Shown here: in pieces, positions 1 to 9,103 of the stretch | How positions within the stretch are numbered: the stretch's first letter is position 1 | How the letters are laid out: each line of letters opens with the position of its first letter | Translations under genes and position numbers: made by a program | Assembly (NCBI GenBank): GCA_028691765.1 | Contig: JAQUYS010000002.1 | Coordinates: 1 to 51,645 of the forward strand | Direction: 5' to 3' | Source of the DNA: Candidatus Nanoarchaeia archaeon | GTDB lineage: Archaea; Nanobdellota; Nanobdellia; Woesearchaeales; SKGA01 | DNA: 51,645 bases | Notes under the pieces: generated by a model | Seen by the model: only the letters and a program-made list of their open reading frames with translations | What the model was told of the DNA's origin: nothing | Databases searched by the model: none

Positions 1-138
1 ATGTATTTCTTGTCTGGTTTAGTTGCAAGCACAGGTTCCTCTTTGTTCATGCCTAATTCTTTTGCTTTAGGTGCGAGTGGAGCAATTATGGGTATGTTGG
101 GAGTGACTATTATGTTGTTTTCTTTGTATTTCAATTAA
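1..138 (+). pseudogene. Truncated rhomboid-like fragment, a partial duplicate of the downstream rhomboid gene; its 5' end runs off the window
   Basis: nt 1-119 match nt 321-439 (inside the rhomboid CDS) with 2 mismatches. Frame 1 reads MYFLSGLVASTGSSLFMPNSFALGASGAIMGMLGVTIMLFSLYFN and stops at 136-138. Confidence 0.5.
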
Positions 139-164
139 TTTTCACAGGTTTTACTGAGGCTCTT

Positions 165-797
165 ATGCTTTCTACTGCGGATATTATTACTCGTCCGTGG
201 ATTTTAATTACATCTATGTTTTTACATAGTGGTTTTGGGCATTTATTTTTTAATATGTATGCTTTATTGATCTTTGGACCTCTTTTAGAAAGTCGAATTG
301 GAAAGAAACGATTTTTCTTTATGTATTTCTTGTCTGGTTTAGTTGCAAGCATAGGTTACTCTTTGTTCATGCCTAATTCTTTTGCTTTAGGTGCGAGTGG
401 AGCAATTATGGGTATGTTGGGAGTGACTATTATGTTGTTGCCTCATCTTCCAGTTTTGTTCTTTTTCATCATCCCTATGTCTTTAAGGACTGCAGGAATA
501 ATTTTTGCATTAATAGATATATTTGGTTTATTTAATCCCGCTAGTGGTATTGGTCACTGGGCACATCTCTTTGGTTTAGCAACAGGTTTACTTTATGGTT
601 GGTATTTGTTAAAGAAAAGGGAGAAATTTAAAACCGCATTTAATACTTTAAAGAAATTTTCTCAAACTGTAGAAATTAAACCTGAACATAAGAAAAAAGT
701 TAAATCTGAAGTGAGGGATGCGGATTTTTCATACTCTGAAAGCATTCAATTGAGTGATGAGGATATTCAAAATTATTTAAAGAATGGTCGATTATAA
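165..797 (+). CDS. Rhomboid-family intramembrane serine protease
   Basis: Polytopic 210-aa ORF with rhomboid hallmarks: HSGFGHLFFNM (H..H..N), GASGAIMG (GxSG catalytic Ser) and GHWAHLFG (catalytic His). Confidence 0.85.
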   Translation: MLSTADIITRPWILITSMFLHSGFGHLFFNMYALLIFGPLLESRIGKKRFFFMYFLSGLVASIGYSLFMPNSFALGASGAIMGMLGVTIMLLPHLPVLFFFIIPMSLRTAGIIFALIDIFGLFNPASGIGHWAHLFGLATGLLYGWYLLKKREKFKTAFNTLKKFSQTVEIKPEHKKKVKSEVRDADFSYSESIQLSDEDIQNYLKNGRL

Positions 798-798
798 A

Positions 799-1653
799 AT
801 GAAAGGACAAGTAAATCAAGTTTTTACGATTATTTTTTCGTCTATAATTATAGTTACTTTAATTCTTCTTTCTGTTTCTGGAATAAAGTTATTGTATGAA
901 AATAAATGTGATGCAGAAAATATTGATTTTAGAACTGATTTGAGTGACTCTTTAAATAATTATAAAACGTATGGTGCTTTACAAAAGCATTCTATTGGTG
1001 CGCCTTGTAATGCTCAAGTCTTGTGTTTAATTGATTCTGAAACAAGTTATATTTTTCATGTAGATAGAAATGTTTTTCCTGCTAACTTCCCTTTACCTTT
1101 AGCAGGAGCAATTGAAGCGTTTCATGATGGAAATAAATACTCTAAAAATGTTTTTATTTATGACAATCAATTTATTTATGATTTGGATTATATTGAAGGA
1201 ATTAAAATAGATGATGATAATAAAATTGTGTGTATTCAAAGAAAGAACGGAAACTTTGAATTTTACTCTTTGGGTAAAGGTAATGGTGTTGAGATTTATT
1301 CTGAAAACAACATTGTACAAAATGCTATTTTAATGTCTTTCTTGAATCCTTATGAATCTTATCTTACTGGAAGTAGTACAGAGGTTACAGTTTATGTTGA
1401 TGGAAATAAAATTGATGGTGGTTTAGGTATTGACGCAATAAAAGAAATCGCTTCAAAACAAATTGAAAATCTTGATTCCACACAAATAATTGTTGATGAA
1501 GATGGATTAAAATTTACGATTAAAGGAAACACTTTCAGAAATTTATTTGGAATCTTTCCATTACCTGTTGGAATTCAACAACAAATTAAAAGTGATGGAG
1601 AAATAACTGATACCACAAAATCTTGGTGGAGTGTTTTTACGAGGAAATATTAA
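799..1653 (+). CDS. Type IV pilin-like secreted/membrane protein (class III signal peptide-like N-terminus)
   Basis: ORF track gives 784..1653. ATG 799, right after the rhomboid stop, gives MKGQVNQVFTIIFSSIIIVTLILL: Lys-Gly|Gln followed by a hydrophobic helix, the archaeal prepilin pattern. The C-terminal ...GEITDTTKSWWSVF resembles the C-terminus of ORF 24269..24982. Confidence 0.45.
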   Translation: MKGQVNQVFTIIFSSIIIVTLILLSVSGIKLLYENKCDAENIDFRTDLSDSLNNYKTYGALQKHSIGAPCNAQVLCLIDSETSYIFHVDRNVFPANFPLPLAGAIEAFHDGNKYSKNVFIYDNQFIYDLDYIEGIKIDDDNKIVCIQRKNGNFEFYSLGKGNGVEIYSENNIVQNAILMSFLNPYESYLTGSSTEVTVYVDGNKIDGGLGIDAIKEIASKQIENLDSTQIIVDEDGLKFTIKGNTFRNLFGIFPLPVGIQQQIKSDGEITDTTKSWWSVFTRKY

Positions 1654-1654
1654 G

Positions 1655-2296
1655 ATGACTACAGAAGAATTAATTAAATGGATGAAAGACTCTTTATCTA
1701 AAGGTTTTAGTAAGGAGCAACTATCTCAAAAATTAATTCAAACTGGATATGATGAAAAAACAATTACGGAGTTATTTAATCAAATTGAAGCCTCTCAAAA
1801 TATATCTTCTCAACCAACTCTTGAAGTTAAAAAAACTAATTGGTTTTTGAATATTTCGTTATCTTTGTTGTTTGTTGGATTGGTTATTGGAGCCATGCTT
1901 TTTTTTAGTAGTGGTAATGAATCTTTGTTAATAGAAGAGGAGGATTTATTTCAAACTGTTGAAACGCTTAATGATTGTTATAATTTTAGTTCTAATTTAA
2001 AGTCTTGTTCTCCTTATGATTGTGAATTTAAACATTTGGTTACTGGTGAAACCTTAAGTAGGGAGATAGTTGGAATACAAAATGAGAGTTGTATTTATTC
2101 TGAACAAATGTTAAATAATTTAACTATGACTTGTAAATGGAATGTTTCTGAACTTAATCTTATTGCAAATGAGTTTGAGAATATGCCTCCTACTCAAGTT
2201 TTGATTTTATTAAACACAACGAATTATTTGATTAATGGCAGTGAACAAAATTTAATTCAAGAAAGTTTAGCGTCTGGAGAATGTATTGTTTCTTAA
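1655..2296 (+). CDS. Hypothetical single-pass membrane protein with a Cys- and N-x-S/T-rich outer domain
   Basis: ORF track gives 1631..2296. ATG 1655 follows the upstream stop (1651-1653) by 1 nt. It has a soluble N-terminal helical segment, a TM helix (WFLNISLSLLFVGLVIGAMLFF), then a Cys-containing domain with several NxS/T sequons. No family recognised. Confidence 0.5.
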   Translation: MTTEELIKWMKDSLSKGFSKEQLSQKLIQTGYDEKTITELFNQIEASQNISSQPTLEVKKTNWFLNISLSLLFVGLVIGAMLFFSSGNESLLIEEEDLFQTVETLNDCYNFSSNLKSCSPYDCEFKHLVTGETLSREIVGIQNESCIYSEQMLNNLTMTCKWNVSELNLIANEFENMPPTQVLILLNTTNYLINGSEQNLIQESLASGECIVS

Positions 2297-3096
2297 TAAA
2301 CATAAACTTCCAAAACACCTGCTATTACTACGATTAGTATTGAAAATGCCAACAATAGAGATGCGTCTTTTACAACTTTCATAAAATTAGGAGAAGAAAA
2401 TTTTTCTGCTAAAATCATTTTAGAGATTATTCCTCCTGTGATGGCTGCTCCAACGTAAGAAAGTCCTTCTGTAACCATATGTGGTAAAAATGGTCCTATG
2501 CTTTTGAAGAACCCTATGATTGGACTTGTGCCTTCGCCTATTGCAGTTTGAACTATAAAAAAAGTAAATACTGTTCCCCAAACAGACGCATTCCACGTTA
2601 AGAAAACAATTGCTCCCGCTCCGTAAAAAAATGATAAGAGTAAACAAGCCATAAATACTATTAAATTATTTTGTAGTATGGATAAAAACAAAGACTCGCT
2701 TTGAATTGCTGCGCCAGTTATTCCTGCTACTCTTAATTGTGGTGCAAACATTTTCAATATTATTGGTGATGGTATTAATATAGTCATTAAACTATATGCG
2801 AAGAATATTCCTAAGAATAGTAACATGTATGTTTTGAATATTAATTTGTGATCTTGATATAGTGTTTTTAGAGAAATTCTTTTCTCAGAGGTTTCTATTT
2901 GTTCTTGGGTTTTTAACAATTTTGCTATGGACGGGACTAAAAGTATGGATGTAAAATATATGCTCATTAATCCTGTGCTTGATGGAAAGATTAATTTAGC
3001 AGTTATTAGACCTATTATTGTGAATATGAATCCTAGAAAAAACGCATTAAATTTGCTTTCTAACCAAGTTAGTTTTATTATGTCTTCAAATACCAC
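2293..3096 (-). CDS. SpoIIM/DUF95-like integral membrane protein
   Basis: 267-aa polytopic ORF. LQNNLIVFMACLLLSFFYGAG ... GPFLPHMVTEGLSYVGAAITGG resembles the NN..V / LPHG..E signature of stage II sporulation protein M-like proteins. Confidence 0.55.
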   Translation of the reverse strand: MVFEDIIKLTWLESKFNAFFLGFIFTIIGLITAKLIFPSSTGLMSIYFTSILLVPSIAKLLKTQEQIETSEKRISLKTLYQDHKLIFKTYMLLFLGIFFAYSLMTILIPSPIILKMFAPQLRVAGITGAAIQSESLFLSILQNNLIVFMACLLLSFFYGAGAIVFLTWNASVWGTVFTFFIVQTAIGEGTSPIIGFFKSIGPFLPHMVTEGLSYVGAAITGGIISKMILAEKFSSPNFMKVVKDASLLLAFSILIVVIAGVLEVYVY

Positions 3097-3140
3097 AAAC
3101 TTTTTTTATAAAGGAAATATTTAAACCTTTTTAATCAAAA

Positions 3141-3150
3141 CCTATAAAAA
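3141..3150 (+). promoter_or_regulatory. Candidate TATA box for infB
   Basis: cctataaaaa lies about 30-38 nt upstream of ATG 3179, in the divergent spacer shared with the SpoIIM-like gene. Confidence 0.3.
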
Positions 3151-3178
3151 GCAAAGATTATTCCAATTACTGATTAAA

Positions 3179-4951
3179 ATGCCTATAAGAAGTCCAATTG
3201 TGTCTGTTTTGGGTCATGTCGACCATGGTAAATCTTCAGTTCTAGATGCAATTAGAGATTCTAATATTCTTGCTACTGAGGCCGGAGCAATTACTCAAGC
3301 TATTGGTGCGTCCATTGTTCCCATTGAAACTATTAAATGTAAATGTGGTGATTTGCTTCAAAAAATGAATATTTCTTTGAAAATTCCTGGGTTGTTGTTT
3401 ATAGATACTCCTGGTCACGCTGCTTTTACTTCTTTGAGAAAAAGAGGAGGAAGTTTGGCCGACATTGCGATTGTTGTCATTGATATAAATGAAGGTTTTA
3501 GACCTCAAACTTTTGAAGCGATTGATATTTTACGTGCGGCTAAAACTCCTTTCGTAATTGCTGCGAATAAAGTTGATCTTTCGCCTAATTATAGAATTCC
3601 TCGAGAAATAAATACTCCAATTTTAAAACAAATTAATGATCAAGAACCTAAAGTGATCACTCATATTGAAACTAAGTTATATGAACTTGTTGGTGCGATT
3701 CATGAACGGTTCGGCATATCTGCGGAACGTTTTGATAGGATAGATGATTTTACTAAACAAATCGCAATCATTCCTATTTCTGCTAAAATGAAATTGGGCT
3801 TGTCTGAATTATTAATGGTGATTAGTGCGTTAACTCAAAAATATCTTGAAAATAATTTACAAGTAGATGTTTCAGGTTATGCTAAAGGTTCTATTTTGGA
3901 AGTAAAAGAAGAACAAGGTCTTGGCACAACTCTTGACGTTATTATTTATAATGGTACTTTGAGTGTCGGAGATTGTGTTGTTATTGGCGGTATTGATACT
4001 CCGGTTGTTACTAAAGTTCGGGCTTTATTTGAACCTGCTCCGTTAAGTGAAATGAGAGATAAAAAATCTAATTTTAGTCCTGTTAAAAAAGTGGTCGCAG
4101 CGACTGGTGTTAAAATAAGTTGTCCTGATATTGATGATGTTCTTTCGGGGATGCCTATCAGGTCATGTGAGAATACACTCAAAGGCATTGAAGAAGCCAA
4201 AATTGAAGTTCAAAAAGAAATTGAAAACGCAAAAGTTAAAACTGTTCCTACAGGAATATTAATTAAAGCAGATAATATTGGAAGTCTTGAAGCCTTAGCA
4301 CATATTTTGGGAGAGAAAAAAATTCCTATTAGAAAAGCTTTAGTTGGACCGATATCTAAAAAAGATTTAATTGATGCAGAAGCTAGTTTTGAAGAAGACC
4401 GCTTAAATTCTGTGATTCTTGGATTTAATGTTCCAAATGAGAAATCTACTGAAACTGTAAAGATAATTACTAATGATGTTATTTACCACATTATTGAAGA
4501 TTATGAAAAATGGGTTGAAGATGAAAAGAAAAGAATAGAGCAAGAAAAATTAAAAGACTTATTTAAACCGTGTAAAGTTAAAGTTCTTCAGCATTGTATT
4601 TTTAGACAATCCAATCCTTGTATTGTTGGTGTGGATGTTCAAATGGGCATTCTAAAACAAAATATGGATATGATTAAAAAAGATGGTTCAAAATGTTCTC
4701 ATATAAAAAGTATCGGTTCTGGTAAAGATAATTTATCCTTTGCAGAGAAAGGAAGTCAAGTTGCAATTGGTTTACCAGGAGTTACTGCGGGACGACAATT
4801 AAATGAAGAGGATGTTTTATATTCGGATCTTAATGAAACTCAATATCGCGCATTAAGAGATAATAAGAAATTTTTAAGTGAAGATGACATTGAATTGTTG
4901 AAAGAAATTTCAGAGATTAAGAGAAAACAAAATCCACTTTGGGGTGCGTAA
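3179..4951 (+). CDS. infB: Translation initiation factor aIF5B (IF-2 family GTPase)
   Basis: RSPIVSVLGHVDHGKSS (G1), FIDTPGHAAF (G3), ANKVD (G4). The 590-aa length and domain order are typical of archaeal aIF5B. Confidence 0.95.
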   Translation: MPIRSPIVSVLGHVDHGKSSVLDAIRDSNILATEAGAITQAIGASIVPIETIKCKCGDLLQKMNISLKIPGLLFIDTPGHAAFTSLRKRGGSLADIAIVVIDINEGFRPQTFEAIDILRAAKTPFVIAANKVDLSPNYRIPREINTPILKQINDQEPKVITHIETKLYELVGAIHERFGISAERFDRIDDFTKQIAIIPISAKMKLGLSELLMVISALTQKYLENNLQVDVSGYAKGSILEVKEEQGLGTTLDVIIYNGTLSVGDCVVIGGIDTPVVTKVRALFEPAPLSEMRDKKSNFSPVKKVVAATGVKISCPDIDDVLSGMPIRSCENTLKGIEEAKIEVQKEIENAKVKTVPTGILIKADNIGSLEALAHILGEKKIPIRKALVGPISKKDLIDAEASFEEDRLNSVILGFNVPNEKSTETVKIITNDVIYHIIEDYEKWVEDEKKRIEQEKLKDLFKPCKVKVLQHCIFRQSNPCIVGVDVQMGILKQNMDMIKKDGSKCSHIKSIGSGKDNLSFAEKGSQVAIGLPGVTAGRQLNEEDVLYSDLNETQYRALRDNKKFLSEDDIELLKEISEIKRKQNPLWGA

Positions 4952-5263
4952 CTGAGAGCGGGATTCGGGAAGCGGATTTCAGCAAGGCATACAGCATTAA
5001 GTAAGGCATGCAGAATTTGGGATTCGTTACAGAATTCAATTGTGAATTAAACTCGAAGAGTTTATATTCGCCACGACTCGCCTAGTGTAACTGGCAGAGA
5101 AAACAAAATCCACTTTGGGGTGCGTAACTGAGAGCGGGATTCGGGAAGCGGAATGCAGAGTTCAGCAAGGCATGCGGAAGGCTGAAAGAGTGAAGCAGAA
5201 GACAGGAACCAGCACGCAGCGTTCAGTACAACATGCAGAATGTGGGATTCGTTACAGAATTCA
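4920..5263 (+). repeat. Imperfect tandem duplication of the infB 3' end plus a GC/purine-rich downstream spacer (copy A 4920-5038, copy B 5096-5263)
   Basis: 57 nt at 4920-4976 (last 10 infB codons, the stop, and ctgagagcgggattcgggaagcgga) recur exactly at 5096-5152. ttcagcaaggcat occurs at 4978-4990 and 5161-5173. atgcagaat(t/g)tgggattcgttacagaattca occurs at 5008-5038 and 5233-5263. Copy B carries extra inserts. Confidence 0.85.
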
Positions 5264-5273
5264 GAAGATTACA

Positions 5274-5747
5274 ATGATAAACAAAATAGAAGTCCTAAAT
5301 AGTAAAGATAAAAAACATTTTCTTCAAATAATTAAAGATATTTATGGAATCACTCAATTACTTGAATTTGTTTATTTTAAAGAAGAAGATAAATTATTTG
5401 TCGCTAATAAAGATTTATTTGATTTTGGTTTTGATGAATATCGAGTTAAATCTTTGGGTAATTATATTGGAACGTTTATGAAAGATGGGTTTAGATTTTC
5501 CATAGAAGGGTCTCAGCTATTTGGACAGTTAGCAAATAAAAATATTTTTGAAATAAACGAAGAAGAAAGAAATTTATGGATTTTAGGAGAAACTTTAAAT
5601 TGTGATAAATCTGATTTTGAAGATACTTATGTTTTAATTAAATGTGGTAATGATTTTATTGCGAGTGGAAAAATTAAAGATGGAAAAATTTTAAATTATA
5701 TTTCTAAGAATCGAAAATTAAAAAAAGTTTTTGAAAATGAGGATTAA
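5274..5747 (+). CDS. NIP7-like / PUA-domain RNA-binding protein (ribosome biogenesis-type)
   Basis: ORF track starts at 5115, but the first 53 codons lie in the GC-rich repeat. ATG 5274 gives a 157-aa AT-rich protein. SLGNYIGTF..., EGSQLF, YVLIKCGNDFIASGKIKDGKILNYISKNRKL resemble archaeal Nip7 (N-domain plus C-terminal PUA). Confidence 0.55.
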   Translation: MINKIEVLNSKDKKHFLQIIKDIYGITQLLEFVYFKEEDKLFVANKDLFDFGFDEYRVKSLGNYIGTFMKDGFRFSIEGSQLFGQLANKNIFEINEEERNLWILGETLNCDKSDFEDTYVLIKCGNDFIASGKIKDGKILNYISKNRKLKKVFENED

Positions 5748-6781
5748 ACTAATCCACCAAATAAACTTGCCAATATTACCATGAATATTAAGTAAAATAT
5801 TAATGATCCGAAAACAAACAACGGTATGTATTTTAAACCATTTCTTATGTCTCCTTTTTCAATTATAGAAATTATCATTGAAGATCCTGTTGCAATTATT
5901 GCTAAGGCGAATATTGAGAAATTTTTAAAATTGGATATATCTAAGTCATTGCTGAAATTTAAACTGGATCCTGCAGAGGTTGATGAAATTGCCCCTCCTA
6001 GCGAAGATGTGAATCCTAGAATTATTTGAAGTAATTGATAGGCTAATGCGAATAAAGCAGGACTGATAACTATAACTATTGCTCCAATGAAAATTATGTA
6101 TGCAATGGTTGCTGCAGCCATTTCTTCTTTCAATGCACGTGTTTTCTTTAATGAATCTATTACTTTGTCAATTACAACTACAATTTTACCTCCGCTTGTT
6201 ATTTCTCCAATAATTAATTGTAAATTTCTTTGCAATAGGGGAGATTGATATTTATCTGCGAATTCATTTAGAGCTTCGCCTAAATCGTTTCCAGTCATAA
6301 CTCGTTTAGAAACTAAAGTCATTTCTTCGGCTAATAATCCAAATTCAGGTCTAATTGATGACCACAATGATTGTTCTAAAGATAATCCTCCTTTCATATT
6401 TGTAGATACTAAAACTAAAAAATCAGGAAGAGCCAATTCAATTTCTTGTGTTCTTTTAAATATTTTAACGTTAAAATTAAAATATATTGCAATCATAGTT
6501 AATGTTACTATTAAACCTTGTATTAATGTCCATGCAACAAAAGAGAATATGAATGATAAAATCATTCCTGAGCCTTTTATGAAATAAGGGTATGCTAAAC
6601 TTATGAATGTTACGTATGTTAATATTGCAGTTACCCAAAAAAGAATTCCGAAGAATTTGTATGGAACTTTTCGAATACCTGCTTTTGAAAGATAATTACG
6701 TAAATTTGAACGGACATCTATGTTGAATATTTTTTCAGGCACTAATGCTTTTCCAAATTCTTCTAAAACTGTGATTATCAT
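5744..6781 (-). CDS. Type II secretion system F-domain membrane protein (TadC/FlaJ-like pilus platform subunit)
   Basis: Polytopic 345-aa ORF with a cytoplasmic helical domain (LPDFLVLVSTNMKGGLSLEQSLWSS..., LLQRNLQLIIGEITSGG) between TM blocks. It overlaps or abuts the upstream platform and ATPase genes. Confidence 0.7.
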   Translation of the reverse strand: MIITVLEEFGKALVPEKIFNIDVRSNLRNYLSKAGIRKVPYKFFGILFWVTAILTYVTFISLAYPYFIKGSGMILSFIFSFVAWTLIQGLIVTLTMIAIYFNFNVKIFKRTQEIELALPDFLVLVSTNMKGGLSLEQSLWSSIRPEFGLLAEEMTLVSKRVMTGNDLGEALNEFADKYQSPLLQRNLQLIIGEITSGGKIVVVIDKVIDSLKKTRALKEEMAAATIAYIIFIGAIVIVISPALFALAYQLLQIILGFTSSLGGAISSTSAGSSLNFSNDLDISNFKNFSIFALAIIATGSSMIISIIEKGDIRNGLKYIPLFVFGSLIFYLIFMVILASLFGGLV

Positions 6782-6782
6782 T

Positions 6783-7592
6783 TTATACTTCCATGTTTGG
6801 TCTTGCTGATCTAAATAATGTGATAAACATAAATTGTATTGCTGCCAATATTAATGCAATTATTAAAAATAGCATCATGTCAAGTTTTATTGAAACTAAA
6901 GATGCCACTACTACAAAAAGGGTCATTCCTAAGGAGGGCACAATTATTGCTAGAAGCATAAAAAACATTGTGAGACTCGATAATTTTTTCCCATATTTCA
7001 TTATCTCTAACATTTGTTCATCTGAAATTTCATCTAATGTTGCATCTAAAAATTCTGTGACGTCAATACCTATTTTAAGCGCGTTGGTCATTTGAAATAA
7101 TATTTTTTTTAAATGTTTTGAAGGACAATATTCTGTTGCTTTTTCAAGAGCATTCTCGATTGTTGTTCCTAATTCCATGTCTCGCATGATTTCTCCAAAA
7201 TATTGTGAAGCAACACCATAACTTTTTGAAGCTTCTTCTATTGCATTAATTAAAGGAGCTCCACTGTTTAATTTTATTAATAAAAATCTTCCTGCAAATA
7301 ATACTCCTCGATCAATTTCTTTTGCTTTTTTCCGAATTGAAACTTCTACTTTTTTAATGCTAAGAGTATAAAAGAAAAATGTTGCAACTACGCCTAATAA
7401 AATGGGCATACCTATTTTTGGTTCATCTTTGCTAAAAACTAAAAATGAAAGTATTAAAAACATAAATCCCATCATCAAAGAAGACTTTAAACTTTTTTTA
7501 ACATAATCTTGTGGCGTATCTTTTATTTGTGCGATTCTTAAATTCTTTTTTAAATTTGGTTGACGAGAGGTTAAACGTGAAACTAAACTCAT
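6783..7592 (-). CDS. Type II secretion system F-domain membrane protein (TadB/FlaJ-like)
   Basis: 269 aa with a T2SSF-like soluble domain (FAGRFLLIKLNSGAPLINAIEEASKSYG...) flanked by TM helices. It overlaps the ATPase stop by 4 nt. Confidence 0.65.
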   Translation of the reverse strand: MSLVSRLTSRQPNLKKNLRIAQIKDTPQDYVKKSLKSSLMMGFMFLILSFLVFSKDEPKIGMPILLGVVATFFFYTLSIKKVEVSIRKKAKEIDRGVLFAGRFLLIKLNSGAPLINAIEEASKSYGVASQYFGEIMRDMELGTTIENALEKATEYCPSKHLKKILFQMTNALKIGIDVTEFLDATLDEISDEQMLEIMKYGKKLSSLTMFFMLLAIIVPSLGMTLFVVVASLVSIKLDMMLFLIIALILAAIQFMFITLFRSARPNMEV

Positions 7593-9103
7593 TTATTTGC
7601 ACCTTTTTTTAATTCTTCTGCAAATATTTTTGTATCTAATATTCCTAAATAATATTGTGACATGATTAAACCGATTGTATCTATACCATAATACTTGTTG
7701 TCAAGCATCCACTCCAATATTCTTTCTTTTTCAATTAAATCATCGTCGATTTCTTTTGTAGACATTCCTGTGTAGAATTGTAATTTTTTATAAACTACTT
7801 GAGAATCATTTAAAGGTCCTAATAAATCTTCAGACATTCTTAATTGTTGTACTACATTTGCATCTCCATTTGGTAAAATTTCTGCGATTTGTAATGTTCT
7901 TCTACTACCATTTCTTCTATTTCTGTTTTGAACTACTATTAATCCTAATGAGGCCAACATGGGTTTGGGAATATTTATTGGAGGATTAGTTAATCTAACT
8001 ACAACTTCATCTGCATTGTTTGCGTGTATTGTTGCATATACTGAATGTCCTGTATGCATTGCTTCAAATAATACTGTTGCTTCTTCTTTACGTCTTATTT
8101 CTCCTACAAGTATTCTGTCTGGACGCATACGTAATGAGTTAACTAATAAATCCAGCATTGTAACTCCTCCTTTTCCTTCAGGGTTAGGGAGTCTTGTTGC
8201 CATAGGTACCCAATGTTGTGTTTCGGGTAAAACCAATTCTCTAGTATCTTCTATTGAAAGAATTCTGTGATTTGCTGGAAAGAAATTTGATAAAACGTTA
8301 AGCATAGAAGTTTTACCTGAACCCGTTCCTCCTGCAATTATTATGGACATCTCGTTTTGTATTGCCAACCATAAAAATGCTGCAGCTTGTAATGAAATTG
8401 TTCCTGCTTCTATGAATTTAGTTATGGTCCATGGATCTTTTGCAAACTTTCTGATGGTGATTGTATTTCCTTTTGAAGAAATTGGTTCTAGTGTTGCGTT
8501 AACTCTGTCTCCGCTTTTTAAGTGTGCATCCATTAAAGGTGCAAGATTAGTAATTTCTTTTCCTACTCCTCGTCCAATCATTGATGAGAAATGTCTTATT
8601 CTTGATTCGGTGATTATTTTTATGTTTGCGTCTACCCAACCAAATTTTTTGTGATATGCTCTTACAGGTTCATCGTGATTGTTAATAACTATTTCTTCTA
8701 AGTGTTCATCAGCTAATAAAACATCTACTTTACCAAAACCAAGATTTTCTTCAATTAAATAATTTACAAGCATAGTTTTAGTTTTATCGTCTGTTTTTGG
8801 AAAGTATTTTGAAACTAATCCATGAATTTCTTTTTTGAATCTTGTTTGTACATCGTTTAAATCATTTGACTCAAATTTCTCAACGGCATCTAAATCTACT
8901 TTTTGAATAAATTCTTGTCTTACTTTTTCTAATATTAATTTTGTTGTGTCACTTATGTTTGTTATTTCTATGTTGTAATCTGGAACTGGTTTTTTTGGTT
9001 CTTGGATTATAGTTATATTTATGTTAACATCATTTACAACTAATGAATATTTATCTAATAGTTTTCCTGTTGTTTTTTTTATTGCGTTAATTTCTTCTAC
9101 CAT
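7589..9103 (-). CDS. Type IV pilus/archaellum-type secretion ATPase (FlaI/TadA/VirB11 = GspE superfamily)
   Basis: Walker A IIAGGTGSGKTS, Asp box ILSIEDTRELVL, Walker B LRMRPDRILVGEIR, His box GHSVYATIHA. Confidence 0.9.
   Translation of the reverse strand: MVEEINAIKKTTGKLLDKYSLVVNDVNINITIIQEPKKPVPDYNIEITNISDTTKLILEKVRQEFIQKVDLDAVEKFESNDLNDVQTRFKKEIHGLVSKYFPKTDDKTKTMLVNYLIEENLGFGKVDVLLADEHLEEIVINNHDEPVRAYHKKFGWVDANIKIITESRIRHFSSMIGRGVGKEITNLAPLMDAHLKSGDRVNATLEPISSKGNTITIRKFAKDPWTITKFIEAGTISLQAAAFLWLAIQNEMSIIIAGGTGSGKTSMLNVLSNFFPANHRILSIEDTRELVLPETQHWVPMATRLPNPEGKGGVTMLDLLVNSLRMRPDRILVGEIRRKEEATVLFEAMHTGHSVYATIHANNADEVVVRLTNPPINIPKPMLASLGLIVVQNRNRRNGSRRTLQIAEILPNGDANVVQQLRMSEDLLGPLNDSQVVYKKLQFYTGMSTKEIDDDLIEKERILEWMLDNKYYGIDTIGLIMSQYYLGILDTKIFAEELKKGANK

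Noticed and set aside
4952-5270. Structured ncRNA (SRP RNA, RNase P RNA, or a hidden intron-containing tRNA) in the GC-rich infB-nip7 spacer
   Set aside because: The + strand is strongly purine-biased with few complementary pyrimidine runs, so I could draw no extended helices. There is no T-arm or acceptor pairing, and part of the region is a copy of the infB coding end. A short tRNA-5'-like stretch (gactcgcctag, about 5076-5086) has no matching 3' partner.
5115-5273. 53-codon N-terminal extension of ORF 5115..5747 (MGCVTESGIREAECRVQQG...)
   Set aside because: It lies entirely in the GC/purine-rich duplicated spacer. Its composition is unlike the rest of the gene, and it contains the duplicated infB stop region. 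ATG 5274 gives a protein of Nip7-like length.
7959-8654. Antisense ORFs inside the pilus ATPase gene (7959..8270, 8343..8654). Similar shadow ORFs occur elsewhere, for example 3242..3508, 18323..18706, 21224..21550, 28948..29400, 29929..30213, 36341..36664, 48196..48579.
   Set aside because: Each lies entirely within a longer ORF on the opposite strand that has strong family motifs. Their translations are low-complexity or hydrophobic with no recognisable features.
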